Below are positions 18,801 through 27,737 of a DNA stretch of 39,526 nt, in pieces. The position numbers and the translations under genes were made by a program. The notes beneath the pieces were generated by a model that saw only the letters and a list, made by a program, of their open reading frames with translations, had not been told where the DNA came from and did not search any database. The stretch's first letter is position 1. Each line of letters begins with the position of its first letter. The DNA comes from Campylobacterales bacterium (GTDB taxonomy: Bacteria > Campylobacterota > Campylobacteria > Campylobacterales > Sulfurimonadaceae). Where the stretch lies: contig JAJRVF010000101.1 in assembly GCA_024277395.1 (NCBI GenBank), positions 1-39,526 of the forward strand, given 5' to 3'.

Positions 18801-19438
18801 GGTATGAGCGAACCCGTCAACTTTTTGGAGCCGATCACCACAGACTTCAGAAAGCAAAAATCCTTCTTTTAGGTGTAGGCGGTGTGGGCAGCATGGCACT
18901 GGACTGTCTCTATCGAACCGGTATTACGGACATTACCATTGTCGATTTTGATACCTATGACGCGAGCAATATGAACCGTCAGCTTTGGTCGGAATTACAT
19001 GTAAATGAAATCAAGGTTGAAGCACTTAAAACACATTATCCTGCCGTGACACCGCTTAATCAGAAAGTTGATGCTGCTTGGATAGAGCAGTTTGATTTTG
19101 AACCATACGATCTTGTTTTAGATGCCATTGACGATATTCATGCCAAATTGGCACTGGCACAGCGCTGCTACAAAAAACTTATTTCAGCGACCGGTTCGGC
19201 AAAAAAGATCGACCCGACCCAGGTGCGGGTGGACTCCATCTGGAGAAGTCAGGGGGATCCGTTTGCTTCAAAAATCCGCAGAGAACTCAAACGCCGAAAG
19301 TTTGACCGAAATTACCGTTGTATTTTCAGTGCCGAGACGGCACGTACCAAAGAGAAAGGAAGCTTTATGGGGGTGACGGCGGCATTTGGTCTGGCGATGA
19401 GTTCTGAGGCAATCCAACAGCTGTTGCGAAACAAATAA
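18791..19438 (+). CDS. tcdA: ThiF/HesA-family adenylyltransferase, likely tRNA threonylcarbamoyladenosine dehydratase (TcdA-like)
   Basis: Rossmann motif ILLLGVGGVGS, plus DFDTYDASNMNRQ and LDAIDD motifs. The short form of 215 aa fits TcdA/CsdL-like proteins. Confidence 0.6.
   Translation: MAVRYERTRQLFGADHHRLQKAKILLLGVGGVGSMALDCLYRTGITDITIVDFDTYDASNMNRQLWSELHVNEIKVEALKTHYPAVTPLNQKVDAAWIEQFDFEPYDLVLDAIDDIHAKLALAQRCYKKLISATGSAKKIDPTQVRVDSIWRSQGDPFASKIRRELKRRKFDRNYRCIFSAETARTKEKGSFMGVTAAFGLAMSSEAIQQLLRNK
18995..19004. repeat. Iterated palindrome copy 7 (10-mer TTACATGTAA)
   Basis: Inside the tcdA-like gene, read as L-H-V-N. Confidence 0.9.
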
Positions 19439-19441
19439 AAG

Positions 19442-19450
19442 TGCTATAAT
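19442..19450 (+). promoter_or_regulatory. Extended -10 box (TGCTATAAT) upstream of pcm
   Basis: TGCTATAAT lies 45 nt upstream of the ATG at 19495. Confidence 0.4.
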
Positions 19451-19494
19451 AGCAGCGCAGGGTATTACAACCCAAGCTAACGAGAGGTTATGCT

Positions 19495-20103
19495 ATGCAA
19501 AGTGCCCAAGAGTTGTGTCGCTATCTGCAAGAGAGCGGTCGACTCCATTCACCGTTGCTGATTCATAGTTTTAATACCATCGATCGCAAAGATTTTGTTC
19601 CTGAAGCTTTCGCAGATGAAGCGTATGAAGATTATCCGCTCTCCATTGGAGAGGGGCAGACTATTTCGCAGCCCTCAACGGTTGCCTTGATGTTGGAGCT
19701 GTTGGAGCTGCAAGAAGATGATGAGATCTTAGATATCGGTTGTGGGTCGGGATGGACGACAGCACTGTTGGCAAAGGCGGTTGCATCGGGCTCCGTCACG
19801 GCAGTAGAACGTCTGGAGCCACTGTTGAGAATGGCGCAGCACAATGTAAAAAAGTATATGCTCAATAATATTACCTTTCATTATGCCGGCGAAGAACTCG
19901 GCATACCGGGAAGAACATTTGATAAAATTCTTGTTTCTGCTGCTGCAAAAGAGCTTCCTCCGGCTCTTGTACAACAGCTTCGCAGTGGGGGAATTATGGT
20001 CATTCCGATTCATAATACCATTGCGGTGATTTATAAAAAAGAAGGCAATACTTTTGAACAACGGGTACTTCATGGTTTTGTTTTTGTACCGCTTGTTCAC
20101 TAG
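19495..20103 (+). CDS. pcm: Protein-L-isoaspartate O-methyltransferase
   Basis: Motifs GEGQTISQPSTVALMLELL and ILDIGCGSGWTTALLA, with a C-terminus ...FVPLV. Confidence 0.85.
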   Translation: MQSAQELCRYLQESGRLHSPLLIHSFNTIDRKDFVPEAFADEAYEDYPLSIGEGQTISQPSTVALMLELLELQEDDEILDIGCGSGWTTALLAKAVASGSVTAVERLEPLLRMAQHNVKKYMLNNITFHYAGEELGIPGRTFDKILVSAAAKELPPALVQQLRSGGIMVIPIHNTIAVIYKKEGNTFEQRVLHGFVFVPLVH

Positions 20104-21125
20104 CGCCATACTCCTTCAATCCGGTAGGAGCAGTAGGGGCATGCACCCTCTTTGTTGAGATGATTGGTAACGAACTGTCCTACATGACCGTGTCGGTCAA
20201 TGACTTTGTTGCGGCACTGTGGGCAGTAGGTCGATTCGTAATCTTCGTCATCAATATTGCCGACATAGAGATATTTCAATCCTGCTTCTTGACCGATTTT
20301 ATAGGCGCGACGTAATGTTTGTGAAGGTGTGCGTGGAACATCTAGCATTTTATACATCGGATGAAATGCCGAAAGATGCCATGGAATGGAGGAGTCGAGT
20401 TCGGCAATAAAATTGGCAATTGAGCGAATCTCTTCGTCGGAATCGTTTTTTCCTGAGATTAGCAGAGTGGTAATCTCAATCCAGATACCTTTGTTATGAG
20501 CATATTGTACTGCCTCAAGAACCGGTTTGAGTCGTGCACCGCAAGTCTCCTGATAAAAAGTATCTGAAAATGATTTAATGTCAATATTCATTCCGTCAAG
20601 GTATGGAGCAAGCAGATCAAGTGCTTTGCGAGTTTCGTAACCGCTGGTAACATAGATGTTTTTCAATCCTTTCTGATGGGCTAATTTTGCTGTATCGTAG
20701 GTATACTCAAAAAAAACGATAGGCTCATTGTAGGTGTAGGCAATGGAATCGCAGCCGTTTTCAACAGCGAGTTCTACTATGTGCTCCGGAGTTGCCTCTT
20801 GACCGACAATATGGTGTTGATGTTCTTGTGGATATTGTGAAATGGTGTAGTTTTGGCAAAATTTACATGTAAAATTGCATCCGACAGTTCCAAAAGAGAA
20901 GACCGATTAATCGGGAAGAAAATGAAACATCGGTTTTTTCTCTACAGGATCAATATTGATAGCGGCAGCACGCCCGTAAACCAGGAGTTTAAGCTCGCCA
21001 TTTTCGACGCGTCGCACTCCACAGATACCATATTCACCTTCATTGAGTTTGCAGGCATGAGCACAGGCTTGACATACAATACTGCCGCTGTCTAATTTTT
21101 TATGTAACCACGCTGTTGCAGACAT
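20100..21125 (-). pseudogene. AmmeMemoRadiSam-system-type radical SAM enzyme interrupted by one in-frame TAA (complement of 20907-20909)
   Basis: The listed ORFs 20907..21125 and 20100..20666 are in the same frame, and the 240 nt between them is open. It reads ...[34 protein letters not shown]...YNEPIVFFEYTYDTAKLAHQKGLKNIYVTSGY... The CxxxCxxC cluster lies downstream of the stop. Confidence 0.8.
20862..20873. repeat. Iterated palindrome copy 8 (perfect 12-mer TTTACATGTAAA)
   Basis: Inside the radical SAM pseudogene (minus strand). It encodes F-T-C-K within the CNFTCKFC Fe-S motif. Confidence 0.95.
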
Positions 21126-21146
21126 TTGAAACTCCTTAAGTGACTA

Positions 21147-21156
21147 TTACATGTAA
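21147..21156. repeat. Iterated palindrome copy 9 (10-mer TTACATGTAA plus an extra half-site)
   Basis: Intergenic divergent promoter region. ATTACATGTAAAATGTAAT contains a third half-site, ATGTAAT, at 21158-21164. Confidence 0.9.
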
Positions 21157-21191
21157 AATGTAATATTTATTTTCATTGTTTTCATATAAAA

Positions 21192-21200
21192 TGATATAAT
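21192..21200 (+). promoter_or_regulatory. Extended -10 box (TGATATAAT) for the yidB-like gene
   Basis: TGATATAAT lies 24 nt upstream of the ATG at 21224, followed by an AAAGGAG RBS at 21211-21217. Confidence 0.45.
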
Positions 21201-21223
21201 AAAAAAAATTAAAGGAGTGTGTA

Positions 21224-21628
21224 ATGGATTTAATGGGAATGGCAAGTGACTTTTTAAAGGGTAATGCAACCGAAGGTGGAGCTGATATTATGGGTGCGCT
21301 CTCGCAACTCATTGGTGAAGGGGACACTCTTAATTTAGAGTCACTCTTAGAGAGTATGGGCGGTGCATCGGGTCTGGGTGATATTGCGGCATCATGGTTG
21401 GGAAATGGAGAGAACCTTCCCATCTCGGCAGATCAGGTCAGTGCACTTTTTGGTAGTGAGAAGCTCAGTAGTTTTGCATCGAGCCTGGGTGTCGATACGG
21501 ATTCTGCTATTGAGAAAATCACTCAAGTTCTACCGAACTTAGTAGACAGCAGCAGTCCGGACGGTACTTTGGTTTCTATGGATTCAATAGATGATGTTAT
21601 GAATCTGGCAAAGCGGTTTTTTTCATAA
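21224..21628 (+). CDS. YidB-family (DUF937) protein
   Basis: GLGDIAASWLGNGENLPISADQVSALFGSEKLSSFASSLGVDTDSAIEKITQVLPNLVDSSSPDG matches the YidB/DUF937 pattern (SW.G.G.N.PIS.DQ...). Confidence 0.6.
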   Translation: MDLMGMASDFLKGNATEGGADIMGALSQLIGEGDTLNLESLLESMGGASGLGDIAASWLGNGENLPISADQVSALFGSEKLSSFASSLGVDTDSAIEKITQVLPNLVDSSSPDGTLVSMDSIDDVMNLAKRFFS

Positions 21629-21687
21629 ATTAAGCTATAATCTCCCATAATAAATACGATTATGGAGGTTGTTGTGAAGCAGAACCG

Positions 21688-22170
21688 ATGACCAAATTTG
21701 GTTATGAGAGACTATCGAGTGAACTCAACCGCTTAAAAACAGTGGAGCGTCCTGCTGTCGTCAAAGCAATAGAAGAGGCGGCTGAGTTGGGCGATTTAAA
21801 AGAGAATGCCGAGTATCATGCTGCTAAAGAACAGCAGGGAAAAATTGATGATCGTCTCAATGATTTGACCGATCTTATAGGACGTGCACAGATTGTTGAT
21901 CCTTCGGAACTGGAGCATTCGCGTATTAGTTTTGGTTCAACGGTGGTACTGTGTGATCTTAATACGGATGAAGAAGTTACGTATACTATTGTCGGTGGAT
22001 GTGAAAGCAATCCGGATTTTGGACTTATCTCGTTTCATTCGCCTTTAGCCAAACAACTTTTGGGTAAAGAAGAAGGAGATGACTTTAAAGCAAAGCTTCC
22101 CGGCGGTGTGAAAGAGTTTGAAATTCTAGAAGTCAAATATCAAGAGATTGTTTTCGAGTGTCATGAGTAA
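21688..22170 (+). CDS. greA: Transcription elongation factor GreA
   Basis: GYERLSSELNRLKTVERPAVVKAIEEAAELGDLKENAEYHAAKEQQ is the canonical GreA coiled-coil region, followed by the C-terminal globular domain. Confidence 0.9.
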   Translation: MTKFGYERLSSELNRLKTVERPAVVKAIEEAAELGDLKENAEYHAAKEQQGKIDDRLNDLTDLIGRAQIVDPSELEHSRISFGSTVVLCDLNTDEEVTYTIVGGCESNPDFGLISFHSPLAKQLLGKEEGDDFKAKLPGGVKEFEILEVKYQEIVFECHE

Positions 22171-23179
22171 ATCAATTTCGGTTGCCGTTGTCGGTGCAAG
22201 TGGATACACGGGGCTTGAACTGCTGAAAATTCTCATTAATCATCCGGTGTTTGCTATTACATATGTGGCAACAAGCGAAGGTGGAGTGACACTCGATGCC
22301 TTGCATCCTGCACTCAAAGATGTATTTACATGTAATGTTGAAAAAGCAGACGTCTCAGAGATAGCATCGCGTTGCGATTTGGCTTTCTTGGCATTGCCGC
22401 ATCAGGCTTCAATGGGCTTTGTCAAAAAGCTGCTGCCCCGCGGTGTCAAAGTGGTTGACCTTTCGGCGGATTACCGTCTCAAACGTGAAACTTATGAACA
22501 ATATTACTGCCCTCATGAAGATGAAGAGCATTTAAGAAGCGCAGTGTATGGACTTCCGGAGCTCTGTCGTGATGCCATTAAAACAGCGTCGTTGGTGGCG
22601 AATCCTGGCTGCTATCCTACTGCTGCAATTTTAGGATTATTACCATTTTTACCGTTTATTGATGAGCAGTTTCCTGTTTTTATAGATGCTAAAAGCGGAG
22701 TAAGCGGCGCGGGTAAAGTATGTTCACCCAGCACGCACTTTATCGGTATCAATGAAAATATTTTTGCTTATAAAGTATTGTCACATCGACATGAACCTGA
22801 AATTAAAGAAAAACTGCATCTTCACAGCGGTAAGATATTCGATATTAATTTTGTGCCCCACCTGATACCGGCAACACGGGGGGAACTCATTGATGCGTAC
22901 ATGCTCTTAAGCAAAGAGATTGAACCGCTTGAAATACTGAAAGAGTACTATGCCAATGAGCCGTTTGTCCGAATTTTTGATGCACCGGTTAGCATTAAGT
23001 CCTGCGCAGGAACCAATTTCTGCGATATTTATGCTCAACGGAAAGGAAGCAAGCTTTACGTGAACAGCAGTGTCGATAATATATTGCGAGGCTCGTCCTC
23101 TCAAGCCGTTGCCAATGCCAATTTGATGATGGGACTCAATGAGTCGTTAGCGCTGCCTACTATTGCATATGTCCCGTGA
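22163..23179 (+). CDS. argC: N-acetyl-gamma-glutamyl-phosphate reductase
   Basis: VAVVGASGYTGLELLKIL, the active-site region LVANPGCYPTA, and ...DNILRGSSSQAVANANLMMGL. The ATG at 22163 overlaps the greA stop. The listed ORF starts at 22148. Confidence 0.9.
   Translation: MSKSISVAVVGASGYTGLELLKILINHPVFAITYVATSEGGVTLDALHPALKDVFTCNVEKADVSEIASRCDLAFLALPHQASMGFVKKLLPRGVKVVDLSADYRLKRETYEQYYCPHEDEEHLRSAVYGLPELCRDAIKTASLVANPGCYPTAAILGLLPFLPFIDEQFPVFIDAKSGVSGAGKVCSPSTHFIGINENIFAYKVLSHRHEPEIKEKLHLHSGKIFDINFVPHLIPATRGELIDAYMLLSKEIEPLEILKEYYANEPFVRIFDAPVSIKSCAGTNFCDIYAQRKGSKLYVNSSVDNILRGSSSQAVANANLMMGLNESLALPTIAYVP
22326..22335. repeat. Iterated palindrome copy 10 (10-mer TTACATGTAA)
   Basis: Inside argC, read as F-T-C-N. 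Confidence 0.9.
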
Positions 23180-23906
23180 TATGTATGAGATTAAAGCGGG
23201 TGCGGTTCTTATTGCCGATGCCCACTATAGTGATATTCATCCTGAATTTCTTGATTTTTTAAAGGCTGTTGAATCCGGGGTCATTGTTACACCGCAGTTG
23301 ATCTTAATGGGTGATATTTTTGATCTTCTTTTTGGCTATATTCCCTTGACGCAGCAGCGTAACCGTGAGGCGATTGCATTAATCAATACGCTTTGCAAGC
23401 GTATGGAGATTCTCTATCTTGAAGGAAATCATGATTTCCAACTCCAAACCATCTTTCCTCATATTCGTGTTGTTCCTGTTGAGCAACAACCTCTTCTTTG
23501 CCATTACAATAATAAAAAAATACTGCTTTCTCACGGTGACTATCGTGGTACCTGGAGTTACCGTCTTTACCTCTTTTTGATTCGCTCTTCGCCTGTTCTG
23601 AGACTGTTGAATATTATAGACCGGCTTACCAATAACGGCATCATAAAACGGCTTGACTCTCATTTGAGTCGTAAAAATCACTGTCGTACGATTCCTCGGT
23701 TTCAAGAAAAGATTGATGCGTGCAAAGAGCTGTTTGAACAGGATGCATGCGACTGTATTATAGAAGGACACTTTCATCAAAACCGTACATTTCACTACGA
23801 GACATTTCACTATATAAACTTAGCCGCTTTTGCTTGTAATCAAAGATATTTTATTGTACAATGCGAAAACAAACAAGAACTGTTACAAGAGGTTATTTTT
23901 AAATAA
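23163..23906 (+). CDS. Calcineurin-like metallophosphoesterase, LpxH-like (possible UDP-2,3-diacylglucosamine hydrolase)
   Basis: Metallophosphoesterase motifs IADAHY, MGDIFDL, EGNHD and SHGD. The start is ambiguous: TTG 23163, ATG 23169 or ATG 23181. Confidence 0.6.
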   Translation: MHMSRDMYEIKAGAVLIADAHYSDIHPEFLDFLKAVESGVIVTPQLILMGDIFDLLFGYIPLTQQRNREAIALINTLCKRMEILYLEGNHDFQLQTIFPHIRVVPVEQQPLLCHYNNKKILLSHGDYRGTWSYRLYLFLIRSSPVLRLLNIIDRLTNNGIIKRLDSHLSRKNHCRTIPRFQEKIDACKELFEQDACDCIIEGHFHQNRTFHYETFHYINLAAFACNQRYFIVQCENKQELLQEVIFK

Positions 23907-23915
23907 GGAGCATAT

Positions 23916-24863
23916 ATGAAAGCTCATGATGATGTTCTTAAAGTCGGCACCAACGAGATGGAGTTGGTTGACTTTCGTATTTTGAAGCGAGACGGCGATG
24001 AAGTTTATGAAGGAATTTACGGTATTAATGTCTCTAAAGTACGTGAAATAATTCGTGTTCCCAAGCTGACAGAACTGCCCGGTGTCCCTGAGTTTATAGA
24101 AGGAATATTTGATCTGCGCGGCGTGGTAATTCCGGTGGTCAATCTTGCCAAATGGATGGGGGTTGATGAACCGGAAGAAGCCGTGCGAAATGCTCGGGTG
24201 ATTATTACTGAATTTAATAATGTTCTCATTGGTTTTGTCGTGCATGATGCTAAACGGATTCGACGTATTAACTGGAAAGACATTGAGCCGGCATCGTTTG
24301 CCGGACGTATTGGCGGTGATGCACTCGATCAGAGTAAAATTACGGGCGTCACGCGTATTGAGGATGATGCGGTATTATTGATTCTTGACTTGGAATCGGT
24401 GGTACAGGATCTAGGGCTCTACCAGCCAAACTCTGGTGATGTGCCCAAAGATGCGTATGATTTTAGCGGGTTGGTACTGCTCTTGGATGACAGTGCAACG
24501 GCACGAAAAATTGTTAAAGATGCACTTGAGAAGATGGGTTTTCAAGTTGTAGAGGCCAGTGACGGTCAGGAGGGGTTGGCAAAACTCGAAGAGCTTTACG
24601 ATATGTATGCAGAAAGCCTGAGTGCTCATTTGCGACTGATTGTCTCTGATGTCGAGATGCCATTGATGGACGGATTTCATTTTGCCGCTAACGTAAAGGC
24701 TGATAAACGTTTTAGCAGTGTACCAATTGTTTTTAACTCCTCTATTAGTGATCACTTTAGTGAAGCACGGGGTAAAGATGCCGGTGGTGAAGCATATTTG
24801 GTGAAGTTTGATGCCAGTTCGTTTTATGATGAAGTAGCACGTGTTGTACGTGATCACGTGTAA
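23916..24863 (+). CDS. cheV: Chemotaxis coupling protein CheV (CheW-like domain plus receiver domain)
   Basis: N-terminal CheW-like domain (EGIFDLRGVVIPVVNLAKWMG) and a C-terminal REC domain (LLLDDSATARKIV...IVSDVEMPLMDG). AAGGAG RBS. Confidence 0.9.
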   Translation: MKAHDDVLKVGTNEMELVDFRILKRDGDEVYEGIYGINVSKVREIIRVPKLTELPGVPEFIEGIFDLRGVVIPVVNLAKWMGVDEPEEAVRNARVIITEFNNVLIGFVVHDAKRIRRINWKDIEPASFAGRIGGDALDQSKITGVTRIEDDAVLLILDLESVVQDLGLYQPNSGDVPKDAYDFSGLVLLLDDSATARKIVKDALEKMGFQVVEASDGQEGLAKLEELYDMYAESLSAHLRLIVSDVEMPLMDGFHFAANVKADKRFSSVPIVFNSSISDHFSEARGKDAGGEAYLVKFDASSFYDEVARVVRDHV

Positions 24864-24878
24864 GAAAGGAGTAGAAGT

Positions 24879-27230
24879 ATGGATGAATTTCAAGAGATAC
24901 TGCAAGATTTTTTAGTGGAGTCGTTTGAGCTGATTGAACAGCTTGATCAAGATTTGGTAGAGCTGGAGTCAACTCCTGAAGATTTAGAACTGCTCAATCG
25001 GATTTTTAGAGTGGCGCATACGGTTAAAGGGGCAAGTTCTTTTCTCAACTTTGATGTATTGACCCACTTGACGCATCACATGGAAGATGTGCTTAATAAA
25101 GCACGCCACGGCGAATTGATTATTACTCCTGATATTATGGATGTTGTGTTAGAATCTATTGATCTTATGAAAAGTCTGTTGCATACCATTCGAGATACAA
25201 GCAGTGACAGCGGTATTGATGTTTCCGAATGTGTAAAACGACTTGATATTGCTGCCGGTGGCAAGGGTGATGTAGAGGTCGTGGCAGCCCAAGAGACTTC
25301 CGAAGAAGCAGCAGTTGAAGTGGAAGCGGCAGCTGATATGGCTGAGGAAGAGCCGAATTATGATGATATGAGCGATGATGAGGTTGAAGCAGAGATTGAG
25401 CGTCTCTTAGCCGAACGCAAAGCAGCCGATAAAGCCAAACGTGAAGCCAAAAAAGCGGCTTCGGGTGATGAAGAGAAGCAAGAGGTACCGACACCGTCGG
25501 CTCCGCCGCCGCAAGCACCGTCAACGCCCAAACAAGAGCCTAAAAGAGAAAAAAAAGAAGAGAGCAAAGCGGCACCGGCCGTGAAAAAGATACCGACAAC
25601 GGTCGAACAGACCATTCGGGTTGATGTGAAACGACTTGATCACCTGATGAATCTGATTGGAGAGCTGGTGTTGGGGAAAAACCGTCTGATCAAGATTAAT
25701 GACGATGTGGAAGAGCGTTATGAAGGCGAAGAATTTCTCGAGGAGCTGAACCAAGTTGTCTCTATTGTCTCTTTGGTAACAACCGATCTGCAAATAGCGG
25801 TGATGAAAACGCGGATGTTGCCCATTGGCAAAGTATTTAACAAATTTCCGCGTATGATCCGTGACCTTTCCCGTGAGCTTGACAAAAAAATTGAACTGGT
25901 CATTAGCGGAGAAGATACCGAACTCGACAAATCCATTGTTGAAGAGATCGGTGATCCGTTGGTGCATATTATCCGCAACTCGTGTGATCACGGCATTGAG
26001 CCGCTGGAGACGCGTTTAGAAGCAGGTAAGAGCGAAACAGGTACGATTAATTTAAAAGCCTACAATGAGGGCAACCATATTGTGATTCAAATTATTGATG
26101 ACGGTAAAGGATTAAACCCCGATATACTCAAAGATATTGCTGTCAATAAAGGAGTCATTACCGAAAAAGAGGCCGATAAAATGGGAGAGAAAGAGGCTTT
26201 TGGTCTTATTTTTCGACCGGGATTCTCCACAGCGGCAGAGGTAACGAATGTTTCGGGTCGTGGGGTTGGCATGGATGTGGTCAAGACCAATATTGAAAAG
26301 CTCAACGGTATTATTGATATTGACAGTGAGCTGGGGAAATATACCAGTATCAAGCTCAAAATCCCGTTAACGCTGGCCATTATTCAAGCCTTGCTTGTCG
26401 GGGTTCAGGAGGAGTACTATGCTATTCCGCTTGCATCGGTACTTGAGACGGTTCGTATTAGCAAAGATGAGATCTATACTGTAGAGAACCGTTCGGTGAT
26501 GCGATTGCGCGAGGAGGTTCTGTCGCTGGTGCACATTGGTGATATTTTTGAAGTAGAGCGGGTCTTTGATGATAGCGAATATGCCTATGTTGTGCTGTTG
26601 GGATTGGCCGAGAGCAAGATTGGTTTGATTGTCGATTCGCTTGTCGGACAGGAGGAGATTGTTATTAAATCACTTGGCGAGTATCTTCAGGGTATTGAAG
26701 GGGTGGCGGGTGCCACTATTCGTGGTGACGGCGGTGTCACGTTGATTGTTGATGTTGCCGACTTAATTCATATGTCAAAAAGTATTAAATCAACAATCAA
26801 TAATGACGAGAGCGCTACCGTTGCCGCCAGCAATGAGAAAAATTCGGCGGCGGATTACAAAGTGATGATTGTCGATGACTCCAAGACGGACCGAACCATT
26901 ATGAAAAGTGCGCTAGACTCTATGGGTATCTCACTGATTGAAGCTGCTGATGGACAAGAGGCGCTTAATATTTTAAAATCGGGTGATCATAATTTTGATG
27001 CGATGCTTATTGACATTGAAATGCCGCGTATGGACGGCTATTCACTGGCAACAGAGATTAAAAAATACAGTCGTTACAAAAACTTGCCGCTGATCGCCGT
27101 AACATCGCGTACCGGAAAATCCGATCGTATGCGGGGCGTTGAAGCGGGGATGGTAGAGTACATTACCAAGCCGTATTCACCGGATTATTTAATGAGTGTT
27201 GTCAAACGCAATATTAAGTTTAATTTTTAA
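24879..27230 (+). CDS. cheA: Chemotaxis histidine kinase CheA with a fused C-terminal receiver domain (CheAY)
   Basis: HPt domain (FRVAHTVKGASSFLNF), an acidic/Pro-rich linker, dimerisation and HATPase domains (GRGVGMDVVK), a CheW-like P5 domain, then a REC domain (VMIVDDSKTDR...LIDIEMPRMDG). Confidence 0.93.
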   Translation: MDEFQEILQDFLVESFELIEQLDQDLVELESTPEDLELLNRIFRVAHTVKGASSFLNFDVLTHLTHHMEDVLNKARHGELIITPDIMDVVLESIDLMKSLLHTIRDTSSDSGIDVSECVKRLDIAAGGKGDVEVVAAQETSEEAAVEVEAAADMAEEEPNYDDMSDDEVEAEIERLLAERKAADKAKREAKKAASGDEEKQEVPTPSAPPPQAPSTPKQEPKREKKEESKAAPAVKKIPTTVEQTIRVDVKRLDHLMNLIGELVLGKNRLIKINDDVEERYEGEEFLEELNQVVSIVSLVTTDLQIAVMKTRMLPIGKVFNKFPRMIRDLSRELDKKIELVISGEDTELDKSIVEEIGDPLVHIIRNSCDHGIEPLETRLEAGKSETGTINLKAYNEGNHIVIQIIDDGKGLNPDILKDIAVNKGVITEKEADKMGEKEAFGLIFRPGFSTAAEVTNVSGRGVGMDVVKTNIEKLNGIIDIDSELGKYTSIKLKIPLTLAIIQALLVGVQEEYYAIPLASVLETVRISKDEIYTVENRSVMRLREEVLSLVHIGDIFEVERVFDDSEYAYVVLLGLAESKIGLIVDSLVGQEEIVIKSLGEYLQGIEGVAGATIRGDGGVTLIVDVADLIHMSKSIKSTINNDESATVAASNEKNSAADYKVMIVDDSKTDRTIMKSALDSMGISLIEAADGQEALNILKSGDHNFDAMLIDIEMPRMDGYSLATEIKKYSRYKNLPLIAVTSRTGKSDRMRGVEAGMVEYITKPYSPDYLMSVVKRNIKFNF

Positions 27231-27239
27231 GGGTATACT

Positions 27240-27734
27240 ATGAGTAACAAATTGCAAGAGATTATCAGCAAACAGCAAGAGCAGCAGTCTCCGACTATGG
27301 AGCTGATTGACGATGTGGTACAATTGGTGGGATTTGAAGTGGGAGAAGAGGAGTACAGTGTGCCGATTTTGAGTATTCAAGAGATTATTAAACCGATTGA
27401 ATGGACGCGCGTACCTCAAACACCTCCCTATGTGTTGGGTGTATTCAATCTGCGTGGCAGTGTGATTCCCATTATTGATTTACGGTTAAAATTTGGACTC
27501 AGTTCAAAAAAGCATACAGAAGAGACCCGCTTTATTGTGATGAAAGATAAAGATGAAGTGGCCGGTTTTGTTATTGATCGTCTGACATCCGCCATTCGAC
27601 TTAACAAAAAAGATATTGGTCCTGCCCCCGAGACCATTCGTGACGAGGGGAGTTTTATTGAGGGGGTCGGCAAGCAGTCCGATCGTATTTTGACCATTTT
27701 GAAAGTCAATAAACTGTTAGAGCGAGATTTCTAG
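27240..27734 (+). CDS. cheW: Chemotaxis coupling protein CheW
   Basis: 164-aa single CheW domain (YVLGVFNLRGSVIPIIDLRLKFGL). It follows cheA as in C. jejuni and H. pylori. Confidence 0.9.
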   Translation: MSNKLQEIISKQQEQQSPTMELIDDVVQLVGFEVGEEEYSVPILSIQEIIKPIEWTRVPQTPPYVLGVFNLRGSVIPIIDLRLKFGLSSKKHTEETRFIVMKDKDEVAGFVIDRLTSAIRLNKKDIGPAPETIRDEGSFIEGVGKQSDRILTILKVNKLLERDF

Positions 27735-27737
27735 GCG

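Noticed and set aside
21136-21423. 95-aa minus-strand ORF spanning the divergent promoter and the 5' end of the yidB-like gene
   Set aside because: It is antisense to a well-supported gene with a strong RBS and would have to start inside that gene. It has no recognisable domain.
21642-21667. Imperfect hairpin CTCCCATAAT-aaatacg-ATTATGGAG between the yidB-like gene and greA
   Set aside because: The stem is AT-rich with a bulged C and has no following U-tract. It overlaps a likely -10 box (TATAAT at 21635-21640) and a GGAGG. The evidence is insufficient to call a terminator or attenuator.
25270-25570. Acidic and Pro/Lys-rich low-complexity stretch in cheA
   Set aside because: It sits between the HPt and dimerisation domains, where CheA proteins carry variable linkers or a P2 region. 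The frame is continuous and nothing suggests an insertion.
24411-25991. Several 85-164-aa minus-strand ORFs opposite cheV and cheA (24411..24905, 25165..25524, 25358..25615, 25521..25991)
   Set aside because: They are antisense to unambiguous CheV and CheA coding sequence. The translations are repetitive or low-complexity. The ORFs are artefacts of the GA/GC-rich linker region.
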